Shown piece after piece: positions 12,994-21,617 of a DNA stretch of 64,000 nucleotides; position 1 is the first letter of the stretch; each line of letters opens with the position of its first letter. The stretch covers positions 1 to 64,000 of the forward strand of contig JBEUKZ010000102.1 of assembly GCA_048128005.1 (NCBI GenBank), read 5' to 3'. This stretch comes from Veleropilina oligotropha. Taxonomy: Eukaryota. The notes below the pieces were generated by a model. The model made no database searches. It was not told the origin of the DNA and worked only from the letters and a program-made list of their open reading frames with translations. The translations under genes and the position numbers were made by a program.

Positions 12994-13754
12994 ATGTCGG
13001 ACGCTGTTTACATAGCTTTTGCATGCAGCCAAAGCCTGACGTTGCTGTTACTCGTGGGGGGGGGGGGTGGTACTGGCTGTACTGTTATATTAGACCGCTC
13101 CGAAGATGTTGGAAACGACTCAGGATGGACAGTCTTATCAACCAACTCATGGATGACGAGGAAGAAACGACCGTGGGCGGCCATGGCTCGACGACCAAAT
13201 GCTGCTCGCAGCACGAGGAACCTGTCAGTGGCTCCATAGGGATGACAAAGAAGCGGGAGAGGCTTGCCGCGTTAGCCATTGGAGGGGATGCCAGCAAATA
13301 CTTGGGGAGAAACCTCACGGTTGACCGAATCGACGATATGACTGACGACGAGGTTGAGAAACACCATGCATGGTATGAAGCGAAGCTAGGTGCTGACATG
13401 ACGAAGACCCTGGGGACTGCCGCTATACAGCTGTATGCGGGTGCAGCTGGGATGTTCTTGCCCATTCCGCCGGAGAACCAACCACGTCTGGTCGCTGACC
13501 TCGAGGCCGATCCTTTCATCGCCCATGCTCTCTGCGGTGCAAGCTGTGAGCTGTATTATAAGTATGGCATGTGGCTAGCACCGCTGACCGCCGTGTTGAC
13601 CACTGCGAAGCACTGCCAATTAGGACATGTTTGCCCGCCTAAAATATCAGAGCGAGAGCGAGATCAAGATGACAATGCTGGAAGTGGACCAAATTTCGGC
13701 ACCGAGCCCGCCGATAGAGAGGGTGACTTCTTCGACAGACTCATCAGTGAGTAA
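12994..13754 (+). CDS. Viral protein with N-terminal TM segment (frameshift in G12 run, 13056-13067)
   Basis: MSDAVYIAFACSQSLTLLLLVGG joins across the G-run to WYWLYCYIRPLRRCWKRLRMDSL...KKRERLAALAIGG...LGADMTKTLG (track ORF 13023-13754). Confidence 0.65.
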
Positions 13755-14163
13755 AAAGGACCCTAAGAAGGTGGCTGCGGGTCGGGCCGGTGCTGCTGCT
13801 CGGAAAGTCAAGCAGGAGAGGCTCCTTGCTGACGTTAGAAGACTCAAAGAAGACGCTCGACAAGTATCCGTCAGCGAAGTTCCTTCAGACCTACCGGAGG
13901 CACAGCCTCAACAAAAACACAGTGGTGCCCCGGCCGAGGTGACCGCGGTCGAAAAGTCAGCTACACGGAAATCGGACCCATTTAATTGGACCCAGGTAGC
14001 CGTTGCTGCCGGTACGGGTGCGTTGCTATTTGTTGTCTGGAAACAACGCAGCAGCAGTGGTTCCTCCACACCACATCAACAGCCACCAGCACAGGCGAGG
14101 CAGCCCCCCACCCCAACCACCACCGAATTGAAGAATGAGCACAACCCGTTCCATATGCGATAA
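13669..14163 (+). CDS. Hypothetical viral protein with basic KDPKKVAAGRAG motif and one TM segment
   Basis: ATG at 13669; TM-like VAVAAGTGALLFVVW. Confidence 0.65.
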   Translation: MTMLEVDQISAPSPPIERVTSSTDSSVSKKDPKKVAAGRAGAAARKVKQERLLADVRRLKEDARQVSVSEVPSDLPEAQPQQKHSGAPAEVTAVEKSATRKSDPFNWTQVAVAAGTGALLFVVWKQRSSSGSSTPHQQPPAQARQPPTPTTTELKNEHNPFHMR

Positions 14164-14176
14164 GCTTCACCGAAAC

Positions 14177-14416
14177 ATGACTACCCCGATTACTGATGGA
14201 AAGATGCTCGGCAATGCTGTATATCACGCAGCTATAGTGTCAGGCCTTGCCATAGGCTACGCACGCCTGGGAAAAATGGCCTTCAAGGGAGCGAGCCCCA
14301 AACTTGACTTCACGGGTTACGACGTCGGGATGGTCGTCCTCGACGTAGCGCTCGCCATGGCGACGAAGGACATGCTGATCAAGCAAGGCATCATTCCGGC
14401 CGACGTTTTGAAGTAG
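14177..14416 (+). CDS. Small hydrophobic viral protein, 79 aa
   Basis: ATG at 14177; two hydrophobic helices; co-oriented in the gene array. Confidence 0.65.
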   Translation: MTTPITDGKMLGNAVYHAAIVSGLAIGYARLGKMAFKGASPKLDFTGYDVGMVVLDVALAMATKDMLIKQGIIPADVLK

Positions 14417-14447
14417 TGGGACCTTGCTAGATAATCGCAGCATTTCA

Positions 14448-14876
14448 ATGGCTTCCATTGCGATGCTGGTTGGGGGCGCTCTCGTCAAAGCCCTCGCCTT
14501 CAGCGGGTCGAACTTCCTCTTCTCGAAGCTTCGCAGCTCTGGTGTCGACGAGGAGCATAAACGTCACGACAAGGCCGTAGAGCAGCTCCAGGCTGCTCAG
14601 ACTAAGTGGTCCCAGAAGCGGGCAGAGCGTCTCGATTGGCTGAACGTTGAACTTCGCCGCCAGGGTCACGCTGTTGGGACATTCCGGGATGTTGACGCCG
14701 CGATCCGTGAGTATGCCTTGATCACCGGCAAGAACCTTGACCCCGGCCTGGGAGGTGGCCCTGAGCCCGCCCTGTCCGACTACTACACGCCGAGTGATGG
14801 CCAGAAGGGACGTGAGATCACCTTCGTGATCCTGGGGATGGCTGCGACCGGGTTGGTAGCCTACAAGCTCGCCTAA
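14448..14876 (+). CDS. Viral protein with N- and C-terminal hydrophobic segments and a central coiled coil
   Basis: MASIAMLVGGALVKALAFSGSNFLF...EEHKRHDKAVEQLQ...ITFVILGMAATGLVAYKLA. Confidence 0.7.
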   Translation: MASIAMLVGGALVKALAFSGSNFLFSKLRSSGVDEEHKRHDKAVEQLQAAQTKWSQKRAERLDWLNVELRRQGHAVGTFRDVDAAIREYALITGKNLDPGLGGGPEPALSDYYTPSDGQKGREITFVILGMAATGLVAYKLA

Positions 14877-14884
14877 TTATTTCC

Positions 14885-15148
14885 ATGTTTGGACATTTTT
14901 TCGTGTGCATGTATGTAATGGGGCTCCCAGAAGAGCTGTACTGCGCCATGCTTGCGGTCAGCGGGGTGGGCCTTAGTACTACGTCACTCGACTGCTGGCG
15001 CCGCGACGAAAAGACTATGGTGCGGTTCGCAGTCCTGGTGCTCTCGGGCCCGACCAACCTACGGGCGACGACTGCGCAGCGACCGGCTCCGGAAGCTGAA
15101 GCCTGTTGGAGACTGATCAGTTTACTGGAATACATTGCTGATGGATAG
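14885..15148 (+). CDS. Hypothetical viral protein (up to 87 aa)
   Basis: Fills the gap in the co-oriented array; its stop overlaps the integrase start region. The true start may be the ATG of MGLPEEL. Confidence 0.45.
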   Translation: MFGHFFVCMYVMGLPEELYCAMLAVSGVGLSTTSLDCWRRDEKTMVRFAVLVLSGPTNLRATTAQRPAPEAEACWRLISLLEYIADG

Positions 15149-16139
15149 TAAGCTTGCGAGGATGTACTACAGCCCTAAGGGCTACTGGAAAGGCATTGCC
15201 GCGATAAAGAAACTAGCTGAGGCTGCCAAGGCGTCTGAAATGGAGGCCCGGACATGGCTTAAGAGGCAGGCTATATGGCAGATCTATTTACCTGCGCCAC
15301 GGCGGATTCCAAGACCAAAATTCGACGTCGTAACGCCGAACGAGGTTCACCAAGCCAACCTCCTGTTTCTCCCCCATGACAAGGTCGGCCGTAAAACGTA
15401 CAAGTACGCTTTGACTGTGGTCGATGTGGCCAGTTGCTTTAAAGAAGCTGAGCCTCTGGCCACAAAAGAGGCCAATGGGGTTGCTGAAGCTCTGTCTCGA
15501 ATCTACAGGCGGAGTCCTCTTAGCTGGCCGAAATTGCTTCAGGTTGATCCAGGGCGAGAGTTTATGGGTACGGTCTCCCAGCTGCTGGCAAAGAATAACG
15601 TCGAGGTTAGGCGTGGCCGTGTGGATCTCCATCGCGATCAAGGGATCGTGGAGCGCTTCAACCGGACGCTCGCTGAGCGGCTCTTCGGGCACCAGTATGC
15701 AACAGAGATGCGGTTTGCAGAGTCTGCGAAAGAGGGTCAAAGGTCGACTGAGTGGGTGGCCCGGTTACCGGCCGTAGTTGCGGCCTTGCATGGGGAAGTG
15801 ACCCGCCTCACCGGTAAAAAGCCAAAGGATGCCATCAAGGCGCCTAGCGTTGCCCAAAAGCCCTCTTCCACTGTTCCAGACCGACAGGGGAAGGAACAGA
15901 AACTCCCCTCTGACGTAGATGTTCGATACCTATACCAACCCGGTGAGTTGGAGGGTGGTCGCCAGCGAGCGACTGACCCGGTGTGGTCTTTGACGGTTCA
16001 CCGGCTTGGACGCTCTGTCACGAAGCCTGACGAGCCTGTGCTCTACTACTTGCTCGATGGACCACCGCGTGGCTTCGTTCGTGAGGAACTGCTCGTGGTG
16101 CCCCATAACACCCAGCTGCCGCCGGTTCTCAGGCGTTAG
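15141..16139 (+). CDS. Retroviral-type (rve) DDE integrase of Polinton type; first catalytic Asp appears changed to Asn
   Basis: YYSPKGY N-terminus; HQANL (usually HQADL); LTVVDVAS; LQVDPGREF; VERFNRTL. No chromodomain seen. Confidence 0.9.
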   Translation: MDSKLARMYYSPKGYWKGIAAIKKLAEAAKASEMEARTWLKRQAIWQIYLPAPRRIPRPKFDVVTPNEVHQANLLFLPHDKVGRKTYKYALTVVDVASCFKEAEPLATKEANGVAEALSRIYRRSPLSWPKLLQVDPGREFMGTVSQLLAKNNVEVRRGRVDLHRDQGIVERFNRTLAERLFGHQYATEMRFAESAKEGQRSTEWVARLPAVVAALHGEVTRLTGKKPKDAIKAPSVAQKPSSTVPDRQGKEQKLPSDVDVRYLYQPGELEGGRQRATDPVWSLTVHRLGRSVTKPDEPVLYYLLDGPPRGFVREELLVVPHNTQLPPVLRR

Positions 16140-19100
16140 CAGCTGCTGCTCCCTCGTTTTCGGTTACATTCAAGGCACGTTAAGCGCACGTTGTCGCGGA
16201 TGTGGCCCCTGCTGTTGTCCACACGGTCGACACTGAACTGCTGTGTGTCTTTGGGCTGGTAGGCCCAGAGCAGCTCTATGTTGCATGCTGCGCAGCGGTT
16301 GTTTTGGGCATCTTTGAGCTGCAGGATGTTATCGACCTTGAGGTTAAATCCCTGGAGATCCTTGGCCTGGTCCTGGCGTTTGTACGCCACAAGCTTTTTC
16401 TGGATGGTCTTTCTGAGCTGTTGCTCGGTTTGGGGCGGCCTGTCCTCAGCACCCTCATCCGGAGGACAGGTTACCCGTTCGAGCTGATGCAGATGCTCCA
16501 CCCGGGACACGGCTAGGTAGGCGAGATTACTCCACTGAAGGTAGTCATCGATGATCCAGACTTTCTGTGGGTCGTGAATCGTAAGACCCTGGCTCGAATG
16601 GATGGTGAGAGCATAGCCCAGGCGCCAATCCGGGGTCAGGATAGCCCTTTCAGCGACGTCAATGGTGACCTCGACGACGTCGTTCGGAACTAGCTCCTCT
16701 CGTTCGTCGGTGCCCGGAATGGTTACCATGATGTTTTGCTTACGGGTGTCCCTGGGGTGGTACAGGATAGTAACCAGGGAGTCTGGGAAGTGCTCCTTGT
16801 GCCTCTGGAGCAACAGCTGTTGAGCCCGTTTGCGGACCTTCTGACGGCTGGTGAGGATTAGGTCGCCTGGCTTCCAGGTGTTGACGAACCGGTCCCATCC
16901 AAGGCAGCTGGGGAGAGTCCTACGCATCTCGTCGCACTGGACTTTGTCGGGCTGGAGACGTATCCGTCTTTTCAGGGATTGGAGGGCAGGGTCGTCTTTC
17001 GCCCTGTAGTCTACTTCGATCTCTTCATAGTAGTCCGCGGTCTTTCGCAGCCAATCGTGCGGCATCTCGCCCGTAATCGGTGGTGGCTGGCCCTGATCGC
17101 CACAGCAGATAACCTGAACTTCGTGGTGGCCCAGCCAGTCCAAGAACATCTCGAGGATAGGCCGGGGAACTGTGCAGACCTCGTCCCAGATAATGACGCG
17201 GGGGATGAACTTCTGACCCATGCGATCAGGCGTCCAGTCAGTCTGGCCGCTCCATCGGAAGAAGCTGTGGTAGGTCTGGGCTTTGACACCCCTGGTCCGC
17301 ATCTGTTTAGCGAGGCGGTGGGTTGGCGTGAACACCGTGGGATTTCTTGCCCGGAAGAGCTCGATCGCTCTCGTAGTCTTGCCACAGCCCCCTCCACCGT
17401 TGAGGTAACTCAGGCGATGGTGGGTCAGCGTGTCACTGTAGCATGGCGCGGTGCTTGGCTGGCTGGAATTGGCGGCACAACAATACTCTGGCTTGGGCAG
17501 GTATGCGGCATGTTCCTGTGGCAGGTACAGCTGTTCGCCCTTGTCACGCCACTGGGCTGGTGCTACTGGCGGAAGGTACGTCTCCCCGATCAGACAGGAG
17601 ATGCAAGATTTCTCGCCACAGTCGCAGAGTTGGGGGGCAACGTACACCGTGACATCGTCGAGCTTCTCCAACGAGGCCTTCTTGAGGTAGATGCTGTCAG
17701 TGGCTACCCGGACGGCTTCTGCTGCACTGAAACGCTGAAGCATGCTCAAGAGGTTTATGTGGGCATAGGCCAACATGCTGGCCCTCAGGTGGGCGTACTG
17801 AGGCTGGGAGCCATCATAGTACGTGAGGATGTGACCGAGGGGGCATCTCTGAGGAGCGCCAACCAGGGTGCCGCTTTGGCGGGTGTCTCTTACGAGGAAG
17901 TCAAGCTCCCCCTGGTCGGTCACCAGTCTACGAGTCAATCGCTTTCCGTCAGCTTTGGCACCTTGGGTGAATTTGCCGATAATGCTGCAGCCCTGGTCAC
18001 GATTCTCCGGAAGCCAGACATCGGTCTGCTTTTTGAATGCGATGATGGCCTCTCGGATCTTGAGGCTTTTTAGCAGTCCAGATTCTAGGAGGTAGGTGAG
18101 CAGAGGCGTCGGGGCCCATCCATTCTCTGCAAAGTGCTTTCCGAACCAGGCGGGAATGACGGGGTGGATGTCTTGTGCGAACTCCCACCCCACGACCTCA
18201 GCAAACCCGGTACCGATTTCTTGGGGAAGAGGACCATTAATTGCGACCCGGGTCATGCTGTGGGTTGGGTGTCCGAATCTTTCGAAATACGGCTTAGCCT
18301 CGCCCTTCCCCTGAAAGCTGGCAGGGTAGCAGGCTTTCATGTCGATGCAGCAGACATCTCTCGTGTCGTAATTCATGGAATTCCAAAGGCCGCCGTGACC
18401 ATGCTCTACGCAGGCCTTCTGGATATCATCGAGCAGGCTCGCTGGGGTCGGTTTCCAGCCGTTGTGCTCCTTGGCCATAATGCTAGCTGCATGGTTCACG
18501 CCAAAGGCCCGATCGGCAAGAGACTCATTCCCCAGAGCCTTACAGGCTTCTTGGAGTCTCTCGTGATCATCTTTTGTCCTGTACGTGCGGCCGTCCTGAA
18601 GCACAAACTGGTTCACGCTGAGCTGTCGGTCTGTACCGCTAAGGAGCCAGACAGCCAATGGCTCATTATGTGTGGCTTGTCGGATAGCTTCCCAGACATC
18701 GCCCTCATACAGGTGGACCTCGCGAGACTGCGGGAAATGAAGGTCCTTGGACCAGGCGTGGCCGTTGTGACAGATGAGTTCGACTTTACCTCTCACCCCG
18801 TTGCCACCAAACTGGTACTTCCCACTGTTGTAGATTTCCTCGCCGGCAATGTCTCTCAAGATGATCGCCCGTTTGAGGATCCTCTCCAGTTGGGCCACAT
18901 CGTCGACGGAAGCTCCTGTTACATGGACTCGCTCTTCCCACTCCTGTATTTTCTGCCGCCTTGTCGGGGTGAGTCCGTTTCCTCTCAGGGCACCTTCGAA
19001 GTGCTCAATCACTCTTTGGGCAACGCAGTTGAGATCGCCGTTCTTCATTGGGACTAGGTTGGCGGGGTTTGGTTCTCTGAGAGGGTAGAGGCCGTAGACG

Positions 19101-20043
19101 ACTGCAGTGACCGGGTAGGCGTTCTCGTAGTAGACTTTGTCGACCCCAGTGATAGCACCCGGCTTAGTGTCATGGGATATCTCAAAGATACCCTGGCCCT
19201 TCTTCCTCGCAGCTTTCACCGGGTCAAACTTGTCTTCGACCATCCAGTCACCTTCATGCCATTCACGCAAGAATTTTATTCTAAGGACATACTCGCCTTT
19301 TGGAAGGGCTGTGAGGAGCTGTGCCGCCCTCGCGTCTGTCATACGGGCATCCAGGGCCAGCCTCGCTTCGATGCCATGTTCGAGCTTAATGTCCACTTCT
19401 ACCCTCCATGTGGAGAAGGCCGCCGCGGCGTCATCGACCTCAAACTCGTCTTTGTTCAAGAGTTCCACCCATGGCTCTTTTGCTGGGAGCCTTACTGGGG
19501 GAGGGGCCTGGTTATCCAGGTCGATGAACTGTTGCCCCTCTGTTGTGGTAAACGTCCCTAGAAGATCCTTCTGGTAGTCCTGGGCTGTCCGGGGCGTTTT
19601 GGAGAGGGAATAATATTCATCCGAGGCTAAGTGATCTCTCAGAATATCGGGCCCCTTCTGAGCAATAGCCCCCGCAAGGGTCTCTTTCCGAGACCTAGTC
19701 AGACCGTGCAGGTGTGGCTTGACGATTCGATCCGTGATGGCATGAAGTGGCTTCTGTCGTATCCCGGGCTTTTTCTCGGCCTGGGTTTCGTATTTACGGA
19801 CCTTGAGGGCCACCTCGACCTCGTCCTTAAGCCGTCGCAATTCGCGGGCACGACGGCCTCGTTTGTGGGGTTCTCCACATCTCCACGGATGGAGGGGAAT
19901 CTTCCCGTTTTCATCGCCCGCTCGAGTCTCCTCCGAAACTCCGCAGCACGGACCCTGGCGATTGCCCAGATGAGGTCGTGCTTCTTGAGCTTCGACCGAG
20001 CGGGAACTGCGTAAGCTTTCGCTAAATTGCGCAGTTCATCCAT
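16136..20043 (-). CDS. Multidomain replicase: N-terminal region, OTU-like module, divergent PolB, SF1B helicase and HNH-like nuclease (frameshift near 19865)
   Basis: PolB motif A IDMKACYPAS, motif B-like SIIGKF, motif C VATDSIY. SF1 motifs GGGGCGKT, TPTH, TYHSFF, IWDEV, GDQGQPPP, YALTIHSSQGLT, YLAVSRV. C-terminal CAAC...DRVDNSRGH...NVRLTCLECN. ORF 19699-20043 supplies the ATG and joins via KRGRRARELRRLKDE. Confidence 0.85.
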
Positions 20044-20079
20044 GTTGCATGGGGGGTATACGTCATGCCGGTCACTTCT

Positions 20080-20364
20080 CTAATAGGAACTTTCCGTGTG
20101 GTAGATTGCAGCCATGCGGCGAAACTCTCTCCGGAGGGCCCTTTTCTTTCGTCCCCAGTCCCTATCGTTCTCAAGCTTATACCCACAGTCCTGACACAGC
20201 GTAAGCCAGTTTCTGACGCCTTGTCCGCATTTGCTGCAGGGCTTGGTACCAGGGCCCTTTCGGAGCCGAGCCAGATGGACTTTGCAATACTTGCTCAGAC
20301 AGCTCTTACCGCATAGCTCCGTGGAGCTGATGGTGAGCCATTGACAGGTGTCCGTTCCCCACAT
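20080..20364 (-). CDS. Small Cys/His-rich zinc-finger protein, 94 aa
   Basis: C-x10-C...C-x2-H pattern plus CSKC...CQDC; basic C-terminus; ATG start. Confidence 0.7.
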   Translation of the reverse strand: MWGTDTCQWLTISSTELCGKSCLSKYCKVHLARLRKGPGTKPCSKCGQGVRNWLTLCQDCGYKLENDRDWGRKKRALRREFRRMAAIYHTESSY

Positions 20365-20520
20365 CGTATCCTTTGCAGTGGGTATATCCTGTGATATGGG
20401 TATGTCTAAAAGCGAGCCCGGGCCGGCGAGGGTAACGGGCCGTCCCTACGGGCTCTTACTACATACTACTATATCGGAAGGAGTTCTCCACTATTCTAAG
20501 CTACCCTAGTTCAGGACAGC

Positions 20521-20708
20521 GCTGTGTACACACGGTGACTTTTTGTAATACACGCTATACCCTCGGGTCTGAAATAGGGCTGGGAGCCCCCACCCCCGGA
20601 CCCCACCCTAACTCCCTAGTCCCCCTCAGCAATACCAGCTCAGTTCTGAAATAGTGCTGGGAGCCTTATTTTTCCATTCTAAAAAGTGCATTCACCCCCC
20701 CTGCTGCT
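20521..20708 (-). repeat. Right terminal inverted repeat of the Polinton-like element
   Basis: Ends ...TTCACCCCCCCTGCTGCT and is followed by TSD CATTC. Confidence 0.95.
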
Positions 20709-20847
20709 CATTCTCTTGACTGCTCTGTCCAACATGAGTGCGTTCGAACCTCGGTTGGAACAATGGCATAACTGACTGGAAAGGGTGAGATTTCAATGTT
20801 AGGGCGACCCCCGGAGGTGTACCGTACGTGGTACCCGCACAACAGTC

Positions 20848-21041
20848 AGATTTCATGACGTCACGTTCAAAATGGCTTGCATAAAACTTCTTACGCTAAG
20901 TATCTTAGGAAATATTGCATTATTTCCTTACATATTTCAGACTGCTAGGTAGCTTCCTGCCTCAAATATTTCAGGAAATAATGCATATATTTCCTATAAG
21001 AAGTTTTACGCAAGCCATTTAGAACGTGACGTCATGAAATC
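20848..21041. repeat. Inverted repeat / MITE remnant
   Basis: agatttcatgacgtcacgttcaaaatggcttgc...gcaagccatttagaacgtgacgtcatgaaatct. Confidence 0.6.
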
Positions 21042-21617
21042 TCAGACTTGAGGAAAATCTCAACTTAAGTATCTTTATGCAAGCGGGGCCTGGTCCGATT
21101 ACTCACATGAGTATGGTCGAATGCTAATTTAGTTAGCTCGGTATACGGTGGTATTTCCATTATAAAAGGCAAACGACGTCAAATTGAAATATAGACATGG
21201 ACTTCAAAATATGCGTATATTGGTTTACACAACTTATTATTAGTAAAATCAAAATCAGTTTACGATATATATCGCATGTGTGCGTGATAAGAATACGGAT
21301 TCAGTAAACACGTACGTATGTAAGTATTAATAATGTCCCGAATGGTGTTCCGTATTAAATTCACGAAGAGCGAGCTAGTATGATTACATTATTATCAATG
21401 CCAACATATTCACCAGAATGCAGTAGAATCTGTGTCAATGTTGTACACATCTAAATGCTGTTTATAAATTGTCCTGTCATCAACAGACAAGGCCATACGT
21501 CACATCGGGCATTTATAATGAGTCCATGAAGGTGCAAGGACGCAGTACATCTCACTGAACCATAGGTAGAAGCTTCTGGATCGTTTATATTGGGCGCAAG
21601 GAAAGAAACAAGCCAAC

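Larger units (their letters stand above)
5459..20708. mobile_element. Full-length endogenous Polinton-like virus (Maverick/adintovirus-type)
   Basis: TIRs at 5459-5660 and 20521-20708 with AG...CT ends; 5-bp TSD CATTC at 5454-5458 and 20709-20713. Intronless, GC-rich, densely packed ORFs including MCP, penton-like protein, packaging ATPase, rve integrase and PolB-helicase. Confidence 0.93.

Noticed and set aside
14818..15135. Minus-strand 105-aa ORF head-to-head with the integrase
   Set aside because: Antisense to the co-oriented plus-strand array; the plus ORF overlapping the integrase start fits better.
16136..17400. Helitron interpretation of the Pif1-like helicase
   Set aside because: No HUH Rep motifs; the gene lies inside a TIR/TSD-bounded element with capsid genes and is fused to PolB-like motifs.
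16979..19577. Long plus-strand ORFs (364, 307, 146 aa and others)
   Set aside because: Antisense shadows of the GC-rich replicase gene with no motifs.
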